Source: Flavobacteriales bacterium (GTDB lineage Bacteria > Bacteroidota > Bacteroidia > Palsa-965). From it: a stretch of 64,000 nucleotides of DNA. The position numbers were made by a program, and so were the translations under genes. Positions 39,890 through 49,240 of the stretch are shown here, in pieces. Numbering within the stretch: the first letter of the stretch is position 1; the number at the start of each line of letters is the position of its first letter. The DNA is taken from the NCBI GenBank assembly GCA_040377305.1, contig JBEIPA010000017.1, positions 32,001-96,000 on the forward strand, in the 5' to 3' direction. The notes beneath the pieces were generated by a model. It saw only the letters and a list, made by a program, of their open reading frames with translations, was not told the DNA's origin and made no database searches.

Positions 39890-40936
39890 ATGTCACAGAA
39901 GAACGTTGTAAAGGAATGGAGCGAAACCACAGCCAAGATGGTTGCTGGTTATGACAATCTGTTGAAGATCGACAAAGTTGAAGTTGCAACGACTCCAAAA
40001 GAGCTCGTACACAAAGTTGACAAGATCAAGTTGTATCGTTACACACGCGAAACACCAGCGAAGTTCAAGACTCCGATTGTGATTTCTTATGCGCTTGTGA
40101 ATCGTCACGACATGCTCGATATTCAGCCCGATCGCAGTTTCGTTCGCAATCTGCTCGGACTCGGTTTCGATATCTACATCATCGACTGGGGATATCCAAC
40201 AAAAGCAGACAAGTTCGTTACGCTTGACGATTATGTGAACTGGTATCTCGATGATATCGTTGATTTCGTTCGCAAGAATAACGACGTTGAGAAAGTAAAC
40301 CTGATGGGAATCTGTCAAGGCGGAACAATCAGCGTTATTTACTCGTGCCTGCACAACGAGAAAGTTCAGAACATCGTTACGCTTGTTACACCAATTGATT
40401 TCTCTACGAACGACGGATTACTTTTCCGCTGGTCGAAGAACATTAACTTCGATCGTTTGGTAGACACGTATCGCACAGTTCCCGGTGACTTCATGAACAA
40501 TGGTTTCGCAATGCTGAAGCCGATGATGAAAGTTCAGAAGTACATGAACATTCTCGACATCATGCAGGACAAAGAGAAGACATTGAACTTCCTCCGCATG
40601 GAGAAATGGATCAACGATTCTCCTTCACAGGCCGGAGAATGTTTCCGCCAGTTCATGAAAGACCTTTACCAGGACAACAAGCTGATCAAAGGTGAACTTG
40701 TTCTCGGTGGAAAGAAAGTGAACCTGAAAGATTTGAAAATGCCATTGCTGAATATTTATGCATCGGAAGATCACCTTGTTCCGCCTGCGGCAACTATTCC
40801 GTTGAACGATCACGTTGGCACAAAAGATAGTGAGCTCTATAAATTCCCCGGTGGACACATTGGTGTGTTCGTAGGTGGACGCTCACAGAAAGAATTGGCT
40901 CCGGCTGTTGCGAAATTTTTGGGCAACAGAGATTAG
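39890..40936 (+). CDS. phaC: class III poly(R)-hydroxyalkanoate synthase PhaC
   Basis: 348 aa; YALVNR..LD.QPDRS, IDWGYP, lipase-box GICQGG (catalytic Cys), FLRMEKWI.DSP, EDHLVPP (Asp), GGHIG (His). Confidence 0.96.
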   Translation: MSQKNVVKEWSETTAKMVAGYDNLLKIDKVEVATTPKELVHKVDKIKLYRYTRETPAKFKTPIVISYALVNRHDMLDIQPDRSFVRNLLGLGFDIYIIDWGYPTKADKFVTLDDYVNWYLDDIVDFVRKNNDVEKVNLMGICQGGTISVIYSCLHNEKVQNIVTLVTPIDFSTNDGLLFRWSKNINFDRLVDTYRTVPGDFMNNGFAMLKPMMKVQKYMNILDIMQDKEKTLNFLRMEKWINDSPSQAGECFRQFMKDLYQDNKLIKGELVLGGKKVNLKDLKMPLLNIYASEDHLVPPAATIPLNDHVGTKDSELYKFPGGHIGVFVGGRSQKELAPAVAKFLGNRD

Positions 40937-41025
40937 GAGCGTGTCATCCAGACGAGCTTACGCTGTCGGGATGACATCACGGAACTGACCAGCTTGCTCA
41001 TGAAGCTGATTGGTGTGCTTGTTTG

Positions 41026-41052
41026 AGCCCGGGTTGGTCCCCGGGCTTTTTT
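41026..41052 (+). terminator. intrinsic terminator after phaC
   Basis: AGCCCGGG-TTGGTC-CCCGGGCT followed by a T-tract. Confidence 0.85.
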
Positions 41053-41110
41053 GTTGAACATTGAACATTTGCAGTTTGGCGTTGTGCGTTCCTGATTTAA
41101 CTTTACCTGA

Positions 41111-42085
41111 ATGCGTTTCTTAATAGCCATATTATTATCCTCGTCGACGCTTGCTGGCCAAGTGCCAGATTGGGATATTTTGAACCTGGATAGTTTTCCG
41201 ACTAATGTTCGATCAGTCAAGATTGTCAATCAGCAATTCTCAGTAAACGAGGATTCCGAAGAGCCGGATACTACGTTTACCCCAAGAAACGTTAAGCTCA
41301 TGAGATTTGATCGGGACGGTCGGAAAATTTCGGAGCGTTACTGGCTTGAAGATGAGGTTACGTATGACACCATTTGGTATTCGAAAGATGGGTTGATCCG
41401 TTATGAGAAGACTAAAAGTTCGTTCGACATAACACTAACCACTACCATATTCAATATGAATGGAACTATCATAAGCGAGATGTACGACGCGACATATCAT
41501 GGAGATGTTTTCACTCAATACGAATATAATGAGGTGAACGCGCCCATTCGAAAGACCGTAACGTATTCAGAATACAAAACGGTTGAGGAAATCACTTATG
41601 ACGTCAACGGACAACCAATGATTGTCACATACAATTCAAGTGAAACCACAGAACCGCTGATGACTAAACGATGGGAGAAAGTGCTTAGATACAACGACGC
41701 TGGTCTTTGTGATACTGCCATAAAAACAGTTTTCAGATCTAATGGCGAAATATTCCAAGATACAACGTGGTTTAATTATGATACATTGGGCAAGATTCGG
41801 TCACAGAAAGATTCAAAGTACGATGGAAAACAAACGACTGTGTTCATATACGACGCCCAAAACCGAATTACCAGTGTATTTCATAATCAATATGACAATA
41901 CACGATACAGATTCGATGATCATGGGAATTGGCGCTCGGTCAGTATCACTTCGAATTCATTCTCCAATTCGGAAGATGAGGAATGGTCCACGACGTATAA
42001 TGATAAAGGCTTACCCATAAGGTGTGTTCATAGACACGGCGAGGAAACAACTATCTATACATGGAAATACCAGTATTGGAAATAG
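41111..42085 (+). CDS. exported hypothetical protein with YD/RHS-like beta-hairpin repeats
   Basis: Signal peptide; recurring (Y/F)D..G motifs (FDRDGR, YDVNGQ, YNDAGL, YDTLGK, FDDHGN, YNDKGL). Confidence 0.7.
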   Translation: MRFLIAILLSSSTLAGQVPDWDILNLDSFPTNVRSVKIVNQQFSVNEDSEEPDTTFTPRNVKLMRFDRDGRKISERYWLEDEVTYDTIWYSKDGLIRYEKTKSSFDITLTTTIFNMNGTIISEMYDATYHGDVFTQYEYNEVNAPIRKTVTYSEYKTVEEITYDVNGQPMIVTYNSSETTEPLMTKRWEKVLRYNDAGLCDTAIKTVFRSNGEIFQDTTWFNYDTLGKIRSQKDSKYDGKQTTVFIYDAQNRITSVFHNQYDNTRYRFDDHGNWRSVSITSNSFSNSEDEEWSTTYNDKGLPIRCVHRHGEETTIYTWKYQYWK

Positions 42086-42100
42086 TGATATTAAATTACG

Positions 42101-42889
42101 GTGGATACAACTTACTCTGATAGCGGCAGTCGTAATTCAACCCTCGTATTCCTTCACGGTCTAGGTCTGAATCGGAATTTCTGGTCGTCAACAATTGCGA
42201 ATCTTCATTCACACCGTTGTATCGCGATTGATCTTCCGGGTCATGGAGAATCACACCACATCGCGACAAACGGATCAATGACATATTACGTTGCAGCAGT
42301 TCGTGAAGTAATCGAGAAACAGAATCTCACAGAAGTCACGCTCGTTGGTCATTCCATGGGAGGACAAATCGCGATGATTCTTGCCTTGCAAATGCCATCA
42401 GTCGTTTCGAAACTCGTGCTCGTATGTGCTGCAGGAATAGAGACGTTCACAACTGATGAAGCAGAGAAACTGAAATCAATCACCAACCAGATTTACGCGA
42501 ACCCAATTTCGGATGATGTCCTGAGTCGTACGTTCTATCACGCGAACGCGGAAATACGCGCTCTACTCATGCACGAACACGTGGTACATCAACGCGGAAA
42601 TTTCAGGCATCTCTCAACGCTCATTACTTCATCAGTTGCCGGAATGCTCAATGAACCCGTGTTTCCATTTCTGAAACAGATTACACAACCGGTATTGATG
42701 ATCAACGGTGCAATGGACACGGCAATTCCGAATCGCTGGTTGCATCCTCAGTTAACCTTAATGGAATTGCAGGCGACAGCGAAAAGAGAAATTAAAAATT
42801 GTGAATCGGTGCTTATGCCTATGGCGGGACATTATCTTGCAGTCGATCAACCAAACGATCTCGCGCAGAAAATAATAAGCTTCGTATGA
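42101..42889 (+). CDS. alpha/beta-fold hydrolase
   Basis: FLHG, DLPGHGES, GHSMGG, GAMD, AGH. Confidence 0.9.
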   Translation: MDTTYSDSGSRNSTLVFLHGLGLNRNFWSSTIANLHSHRCIAIDLPGHGESHHIATNGSMTYYVAAVREVIEKQNLTEVTLVGHSMGGQIAMILALQMPSVVSKLVLVCAAGIETFTTDEAEKLKSITNQIYANPISDDVLSRTFYHANAEIRALLMHEHVVHQRGNFRHLSTLITSSVAGMLNEPVFPFLKQITQPVLMINGAMDTAIPNRWLHPQLTLMELQATAKREIKNCESVLMPMAGHYLAVDQPNDLAQKIISFV

Positions 42890-44109
42890 CCACATCAATA
42901 ATCATTACGATATGCATTTTGCTTTTGCTTGCGTATGTTTTCGACATCAGTTCCGCTAAGACAAAAATTCCCTCTGTCATTCTGTTATTGCTCCTCGGAT
43001 GGGTTGTAGGACAGCTTACCACATTATCAGGTGTTCAGCTTCCTGATCTCACTCCCGCCCTTCCGTTATTAGGCACAGTCGGACTTATTCTGATCGTCCT
43101 CGAAGGTTCGTTGGAACTTGAACTTAATCGTTCGAAGTTGCCCCTGGTTGGAAAATCGTTTATCATGGCCATTGTTCCTCTGGTCGCAATAAGTTTTGGA
43201 CTGGCATATTGCTTTCAGTATTTCGGTGGCGTGCCGCTTAAAACCGGATTAGCCAATGCCATTCCTCTTGCAATCATCAGCAGTGCAATCGCAATTCCAA
43301 GCGCGCGCAACCTGGGAAAAGCATCAAGCGACTTCGTTGTTTATGAAAGTAGTTTGTCCGATATTTTTGGCGTCCTGTTCTTCAACTTCATCACATTGAA
43401 CGATACGATCAATTCACATTCGGTACTGGACTTCTTCATTGAACTTGGTCTGCTGCTTGCCATAACATTGGTAGCCACACTCGGACTTGCATTTCTCCTC
43501 AGCAAAATTACGCACCACGTTAAATTCATGCCGATCATTTTAATCACGGTATTGATCTATGGAATTTCAAAAGTTTATCACCTTCCCGGATTATTATTCA
43601 TTCTCATACTTGGTCTCTTCATCGGCAATCTCGACGAACTAAAAAGATTCCGCATCATACAGCGTCTCCATCCTGAAGTGCTGAACCGTGAAGCGAAAAA
43701 ATTCAAGGAACTCATCACGGAATTCACTTTCCTTATCCGTGCACTATTCTTTCTGCTTTTTGGTTATCTCATTCAGACCAGCGAAATCATTAATCCAAAA
43801 ACACTCGTTTGGTCGATTGGAATTACCGCCGGAATTTTTATTCTGCGGTATATCTTATTGAAAATAGTGCGGATGCCCGTGCGTCCACTCATGTACATCG
43901 CACCGCGCGGACTCATAACGATTCTTCTCTTTCTCGCAATTCCGGTTACGCAGTCGATTGAATTAGTCAACAAATCGCTCATCATTCAGGTTGTGATTCT
44001 CTCTGCCTTGATGATGATGTTCGGTATGATGACCACTCGCCGCGAAAAGGAAACAGTGTTTTCAAACGACGAATCCAACGAACCGGATACTCAGCAGGAA
44101 TCAGTATGA
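42886..44109 (+). CDS. cation:proton antiporter family protein
   Basis: About 12 TM segments; GTVGLILIVLEG, ISSAIAIP, YESSLSDIFG, APRGLITILL. Confidence 0.88.
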   Translation: MTTSIIITICILLLLAYVFDISSAKTKIPSVILLLLLGWVVGQLTTLSGVQLPDLTPALPLLGTVGLILIVLEGSLELELNRSKLPLVGKSFIMAIVPLVAISFGLAYCFQYFGGVPLKTGLANAIPLAIISSAIAIPSARNLGKASSDFVVYESSLSDIFGVLFFNFITLNDTINSHSVLDFFIELGLLLAITLVATLGLAFLLSKITHHVKFMPIILITVLIYGISKVYHLPGLLFILILGLFIGNLDELKRFRIIQRLHPEVLNREAKKFKELITEFTFLIRALFFLLFGYLIQTSEIINPKTLVWSIGITAGIFILRYILLKIVRMPVRPLMYIAPRGLITILLFLAIPVTQSIELVNKSLIIQVVILSALMMMFGMMTTRREKETVFSNDESNEPDTQQESV

Positions 44110-44792
44110 GTACGAATCTTGAAACGCTGAATTCATCGGGCTATGTGATTGTTCCCGAAATCTATTCTGAAGCAGAATTGGAATCAATCCACACACGCAT
44201 TGCGCAAGTTCACGGTAAAGTTGAGTTGTTCGGCACGCGGCAATTTCTAATGCGCACATCGGGTCTTCAGGATTTGCTGCTGAACGAGAGAATGAAAAAT
44301 CTACTCGCTGAAGTTGCTCCGAACTACTTCATCATCAAATCCATTTACTTCGATAAGCCTCCGGGTGCAAACTGGTTTGTTTCTTTTCACCGCGATCAAA
44401 CCATTTTCGTGAAGGAGAAAATGGACGCATTCGGTTTCAAAAACTGGACGCAGAAGGAGAATGAATTCGGTGTGCAACCACCTGCAGAATATCTGGGCGA
44501 CATCGTTACGGTGAGAATTCATCTTGATGATGCCGATGAAACCAACGGTGCGCTCAAAGTAATTCCATACACCCACAGTGAAGCCAGTGTTCGTCCTGCT
44601 GCCATGTCGTTTTCCGATTCCGATTCGGTTTTGTGTCCTGTTAAAGCCGGTGGCGTGATGCTGATGAAACCTTTGTTGTTTCACGCTTCATCAAAGTCTA
44701 CGTCAGAGAAACCACGTCGTGTGATTCACCTGGAGTTGTGTAGTTTGGAATTGCCGGAAGGAATGGGGTGGTCGCAGAAATCGGTTATCTAA
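44106..44792 (+). CDS. phytanoyl-CoA dioxygenase family protein
   Basis: FDKP..NW.V.FHRD (HxD), RIHLDD...NGAL.VIP..H, PLLFHAS, RRVIH. Confidence 0.88.
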   Translation: MSTNLETLNSSGYVIVPEIYSEAELESIHTRIAQVHGKVELFGTRQFLMRTSGLQDLLLNERMKNLLAEVAPNYFIIKSIYFDKPPGANWFVSFHRDQTIFVKEKMDAFGFKNWTQKENEFGVQPPAEYLGDIVTVRIHLDDADETNGALKVIPYTHSEASVRPAAMSFSDSDSVLCPVKAGGVMLMKPLLFHASSKSTSEKPRRVIHLELCSLELPEGMGWSQKSVI

Positions 44793-44807
44793 ATTAACCG
44801 AACTCCT

Positions 44808-45224
44808 CTATTTCATATACGTCACTCGCCCTGTAAACACAACCTTATCTTGTTTGGTGTCGTGCAGGTGAGCAATTTTCGGGTAGAAGCTTTCCAATCC
44901 AGGTTCTACACCAATTGTACAATTCGCATTGTCGCCGGAAGTTTCAATCATAGAAACCGGGTACGAACGACGTTTTGATTCTACACCTGAGAATTCGCCA
45001 CCGATCTGAAGTTCAACTCCTGCATCAGCACCTTTAACACACTGCAGGTGGATATTAATACGCGAATATTCCTTCTCGCCAGCCGGAACTTCTAAGCCGT
45101 AATTCTTCTTCAACAAACTGATCAGTTCAGTTTGCTCATCACCACCCAGAATTTCATTCGGAAAGCGTTTCCGTAAATCCTGAAGGTCAATTTCCCATGT
45201 AAAGCGTGGTCCGGCTGTGATCAT
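44808..45224 (-). CDS. hypothetical protein
   Basis: 138-aa ORF filling the gap between the dioxygenase and the tRNA terminator; no motif recognised. Confidence 0.55.
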   Translation of the reverse strand: MITAGPRFTWEIDLQDLRKRFPNEILGGDEQTELISLLKKNYGLEVPAGEKEYSRINIHLQCVKGADAGVELQIGGEFSGVESKRRSYPVSMIETSGDNANCTIGVEPGLESFYPKIAHLHDTKQDKVVFTGRVTYMK

Positions 45225-45268
45225 TTACTTTCTATTTGCGATATAAACTTTTCCCTAAACACTCAGAG

Positions 45269-45300
45269 AAAAAATAAAGACCAGCCATTAGCTGGTCTTT
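45269..45300 (-). terminator. terminator of tRNA-Leu
   Basis: Minus strand AAAGACCAGC-TAATG-GCTGGTCTTT followed by ATTTTTT. Confidence 0.8.
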
Positions 45301-45302
45301 TG

Positions 45303-45383
45303 TGCGGACGGGGGGACTCGAACCCACACGCCTCTCGGCACCAGATCCTAAGTCTGGCTTGGCTACCATTACAACACGTCCGC
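45303..45383 (-). tRNA. tRNA-Leu (anticodon TAG)
   Basis: Acceptor GCGGACG/CGTCCGC, D-loop TGGTA, anticodon arm CCAGA-CTTAGGA-TCTGG, long variable arm, GGTTCGAGTCC; CCA not encoded. Confidence 0.96.
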
Positions 45384-45576
45384 ATAAACGGTATTCGGTA
45401 GCGGTGCAAAGATCGCATTTTTACTACAATTTCAAACTCTTTCAAAGGTTTAACGCTACCCCCAACTATTTATTTTCTGCGAAATTATCGCGTTCTGGCA
45501 CATGACCGTTTGCTGGCATACCAGTTGATTCCCTAAGGCATCCTTGACCAAAAAGTCAAACCTAAAAAATCTAACT

Positions 45577-46275
45577 ATGAAATGCTCAGGTTTCAATGTG
45601 CTTAAAGGAATTGTTGTTCTCTTTATTGCAGTTACGTTTACAAGTTGCGCAAATGAAGATTCTTCCGGCGTAAACCAGGACAGAATTTATGCGGAGTACG
45701 AATTGTTTTACGATGCGAATACAGACAAAACCTACGCATCGGCAATTTTCAGATTTGGTCACGCTTCAGGAACGCAGCTCGAACTAACTGCACCGAGTGA
45801 AGTGAAATTCAACGGCGATGTAATTCCATTCGACGGAACATTTTCCTACTATAGAAAAGAGTATGCCGGAAGAATCACCACAGGTACGTTTGTGTTTACG
45901 GATACAGATGGAAATTCATTCACGAATACAGTGAGTTCAACGCGTACCATTGCGTTCCCAGCCGGTCTTGACACCATTCACAATACATCAAGTTATTCAT
46001 TGACCTGGATCGGCGACAGTATTGTGCAGGACGAACGTGTGGATGTTTGGATGGATGGACCATTGCAGAATAACGCTGAGTTCTTCACGCAGTATTTGGT
46101 AAATACGAATTCAATTGTACTTGCCGCGAACAAATTGCAGGCTCTTGGATTGGGAACAACCACATGTACAATGGAACGTATCTGGGAACAGAATGCAGTT
46201 GGTGTGACTGGTGCCGGTGGAAAAGTGAGAACGAAATACAAGGCGGTCAACCTAGCAATTCAGGTGGTGCAATAG
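45577..46275 (+). CDS. hypothetical lipoprotein
   Basis: Lipobox VTFTSC followed by an acidic export-signal-like ANEDS; ATG 45577 in an A-rich context. Confidence 0.75.
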   Translation: MKCSGFNVLKGIVVLFIAVTFTSCANEDSSGVNQDRIYAEYELFYDANTDKTYASAIFRFGHASGTQLELTAPSEVKFNGDVIPFDGTFSYYRKEYAGRITTGTFVFTDTDGNSFTNTVSSTRTIAFPAGLDTIHNTSSYSLTWIGDSIVQDERVDVWMDGPLQNNAEFFTQYLVNTNSIVLAANKLQALGLGTTTCTMERIWEQNAVGVTGAGGKVRTKYKAVNLAIQVVQ

Positions 46276-46282
46276 ACGAAAT

Positions 46283-46477
46283 TGGAACGCGGATTTTGAT
46301 GGGTGTGGCATATTAGTCCTACACTCGGATCACCAGGTGTATTATACATTGCGCAATCGGATTTTATGAGATAAGCTTAGCAAATCTATCTCATGAAATC
46401 CGATTCCCGCTTTTCTATTTACCACACTGATCCGAGCGATTGAATAGAAAACAATGAGCATCAAAATCCGCGTTCCA
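46283..46477. repeat. nested palindromic element, copy A (complete)
   Basis: 19-bp perfect outer IR, 9-bp middle IR CTCGGATCA/TGATCCGAG, 19-bp inner IR with 1 mismatch, four 22-nt non-complementary spacers. Confidence 0.9.
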
Positions 46478-46497
46478 TTTTGCCGTAATTTAGTGGA

Positions 46498-47871
46498 ATG
46501 CGATCGCTAGGCTCACTCCTGCTCTGCTTACTTCTTCTTGCAGGTTGCGGCGATCCTGTTCCTCAAACAACACATCAACTGGTAATCACAAACGCATCCG
46601 TGCTCAACACACTTACGGGTGAAGTGGAATTACACAAAACAATTGTTGTCGACAGCGGATACATTGTTGCTGTTCTGGATTCTGTAGAAGAAATTCTTGC
46701 CGACACAATTATCGATGCGCAAGACAAAATTGTTGTTCCTGGATTCATTGATGCAGTCGGACATCTCGATGATGTGTTCGGTGATCGTCCGGATACACTG
46801 AAGTCGTCGGTAGAAGATTGCATGAAGCAGTTTTCGGAAACGTATTTGCCTTATGGTGTAACAACTGTCCGCAGCTCCGGTGATGGAACAGGCTATTATG
46901 CAATCGCCAATTACATGTGCCAGTTTGCTTCTGAAACTTCTCCCGATTTCTATTTTTCCGGCGGAAGTATTGCAGGTTGGTACGACGGAACTCCGTATGT
47001 CAATCACTTGCTCGTTCAGGATTCATCGGAAGCTGACTACTGGGTTTCTGAATTGAACAAAACCGGAACAGTAAGCTCGATCAAGCTGTACTGCAATGGT
47101 GCAATGAACTATTCCATTTTTAAATCGGGATTGAACAAAGCACAGGAATACAACCTGAATGTGACAGCACAAGTACAGAATGAAATTACAATTGATAGTG
47201 CATTGAGCCTGGGTTTGCGAAATTTCGAACACGCATCAACACTCGTGTATCAACGAAATCTTTTTCACTTCACTGACGACCGATCATTCACCGATACGTT
47301 GAATCACTATTACAACGAACAGGAAGAAGGCTCGCGTATTTATCCCTACATGGAAGCTGCATTGAAAACCGGAGCAAATAATCCGGAAGTGCTTGCAACT
47401 ATTGCCAACATGAAAGCGCACAACGCAACGATGACCACGTCTCTGCACTTCTTTGCGCAGTGGATGTACCTCAGTTATTTCCGTTCCACACCTAAAGGAG
47501 ACCGTTTTGTGACGAGTCATTTCACGGAAGAACAGATGTCGCGTTGCAAGAAAGGCTTTTCTATTCTTTCGGGTTATGTGAAACAGATGTACGATTCAGG
47601 CATTATTCTGGCAATCGGAACTGATCACAAAGACGGAGGCAAAGCAGTGCTATCCGAGATTTTATTGTTGCACGAAGCTGGAATTCCGTTGAACGATTGT
47701 TTCCGCATTGCGACAATCAATACAGCGAAAGTAATTGCACAGGAAGATCGTTACGGGAGTATTACTGCGGGTAAACGTGCAAACCTGGTGATGTTTGATC
47801 ATAATCCGTTTGAGAATCCGGAGAATGTGCTGAAGGAGAAGACGGTCATCAAAGACGGAGTGATCTATTAA
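46498..47871 (+). CDS. amidohydrolase-superfamily lipoprotein with degenerate metal ligands
   Basis: Lipobox LLAGC; IIDA..K.VVPGFID, GVTTVR, EH, GTD, ATIN.A, GSI..GKRANLV. Confidence 0.85.
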   Translation: MRSLGSLLLCLLLLAGCGDPVPQTTHQLVITNASVLNTLTGEVELHKTIVVDSGYIVAVLDSVEEILADTIIDAQDKIVVPGFIDAVGHLDDVFGDRPDTLKSSVEDCMKQFSETYLPYGVTTVRSSGDGTGYYAIANYMCQFASETSPDFYFSGGSIAGWYDGTPYVNHLLVQDSSEADYWVSELNKTGTVSSIKLYCNGAMNYSIFKSGLNKAQEYNLNVTAQVQNEITIDSALSLGLRNFEHASTLVYQRNLFHFTDDRSFTDTLNHYYNEQEEGSRIYPYMEAALKTGANNPEVLATIANMKAHNATMTTSLHFFAQWMYLSYFRSTPKGDRFVTSHFTEEQMSRCKKGFSILSGYVKQMYDSGIILAIGTDHKDGGKAVLSEILLLHEAGIPLNDCFRIATINTAKVIAQEDRYGSITAGKRANLVMFDHNPFENPENVLKEKTVIKDGVIY

Positions 47872-47905
47872 GTGCACCGCTTGACCTTTCTTTCCGAGGT
47901 ATGAC

Positions 47906-47936
47906 AAAAAAAGCCGCAACATTTCTGCCGCGGCTT
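47906..47936 (-). terminator. minus-strand intrinsic terminator with no adjacent minus-strand gene
   Basis: Minus strand AAGCCGCGGCA-GAAA-TGTTGCGGCTT followed by a T-tract. Confidence 0.7.
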
Positions 47937-48111
47937 CTCTCAATACGTGATGTTGAAATACATTGTTCAAAAAACAATGTAGCTTTTACCAACCGAACAT
48001 CACACCTACTCTATTCTTGAATTTCTCTGATTTTCGTGCGTCTGCTTTACAAATACGTAGCTCTTGAAATTCCGGATTTAAGACAAAGAAGAATTTAACT
48101 AACTTGACCGT

Positions 48112-48603
48112 ATGTGGAAATACGGACTGTTACTTTTTGCCCTGCTCGCAGCCTGTGGCGGGGAAAATATTCCGCATGAGAACAGCGATACGGTGAATGA
48201 CACATCGGCAACCGTATCCATTCCTCAATTAGATATCAGCGGAGAATTCGAAGCCGGATTCCTGAAGGGAGAAACCGAAATGTTTTTCGATAAAAACCTA
48301 TCTACGCTTTCAATTACAGATCTGCAAGACGACGATTCGCTTTACATCCGATACAAAGCCACATTTCCATGCGAAGAGTGCCGGGTGGAATTTCAAATAT
48401 GGCGTAACGACAAGTATGTTGAAATTGTCCGTGATACTGGTTTTGGCGGCGAACCCGTTTACATTCCCGCGTCAATGCTTTTAGAGGCCAGTAAATTCGG
48501 AACACCTGAATATTCGGAACTAGGAATTTATATGTCGGTGCGACAATATCATCCTGTAGAAACAGGTAACAAACGTTTCTTGTTTTATGTCAGCCTGAAA
48601 TAA
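48112..48603 (+). CDS. hypothetical lipoprotein
   Basis: Lipobox LLAAC; a CEEC motif. Confidence 0.7.
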   Translation: MWKYGLLLFALLAACGGENIPHENSDTVNDTSATVSIPQLDISGEFEAGFLKGETEMFFDKNLSTLSITDLQDDDSLYIRYKATFPCEECRVEFQIWRNDKYVEIVRDTGFGGEPVYIPASMLLEASKFGTPEYSELGIYMSVRQYHPVETGNKRFLFYVSLK

Positions 48604-48655
48604 ACGCTTCGTTGTGTTGTTCGGCAAACAGTTCAACTCGTCCTTCCGCGTTAGC

Positions 48656-49240
48656 CTAATTCTGTTTCGAGAGCTTCTGCAGATGCTCTCCCGTGTAGAA
48701 TGCAACCTGATGTACGAATTTCACATCAGCCTCCTTGAACCACGCAGGATTCTTGTGTTCAGAGTCAATGATCATCACAACCACTCCATTTGATATTACC
48801 GGCACCGACAATTCAGAATAACGTACGTCATCGTCGGGAACGTAACGCGGATCTTTGCTCGTGTCACCTATCCACTCTGATTTTCCGCTTACAGCAACGT
48901 GACCAACAATCCCGCGTCCAAATGGAATATTGATGGGATTCAGAATACTCTGTTTGTCTGGATTCTTAGGACCATAAGCTGCAATCTGTCTGCACACTTT
49001 GTCGGTCTGATCAACTTTGTACACCACACAATCCTGATATCCGGCTGCACCCATAACATCATGCGCCACAAACCAGGAAAGTTCATCTTCCGATTTGAAA
49101 CTGCTTTTGATTAAATGGGTAATGAGTTTATTCTTGCGATTCCCTTTTGCTTCTTTGCGTAAGTAGACAATGAGAATAATAATTCCTACCAGAGGAATGG
49201 TGAGATAAACCGATTGTTCACCAAGCTTAACGTAATCCAT
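48656..49240 (-). CDS. membrane-anchored GAF domain protein
   Basis: One N-terminal TM; DCVVY, AAYGPK, G.GIVG.VA..G, D.RY..DD..R.SELSVP, IDSEH. Confidence 0.85.
   Translation of the reverse strand: MDYVKLGEQSVYLTIPLVGIIILIVYLRKEAKGNRKNKLITHLIKSSFKSEDELSWFVAHDVMGAAGYQDCVVYKVDQTDKVCRQIAAYGPKNPDKQSILNPINIPFGRGIVGHVAVSGKSEWIGDTSKDPRYVPDDDVRYSELSVPVISNGVVVMIIDSEHKNPAWFKEADVKFVHQVAFYTGEHLQKLSKQN

Noticed and set aside
41111-45383. Genomic island integrated at tRNA-Leu
   Set aside because: No integrase and no duplicated tRNA 3' end seen; the tRNA is followed directly by its own terminator
46283-46477. CRISPR- or TIGR-like array (conserved motifs at 32-36-nt period with variable spacers)
   Set aside because: The motifs are inverted and differ from one another rather than forming tandem direct repeats, and no cas or Nop-domain gene is in the window; kept as a palindromic element instead
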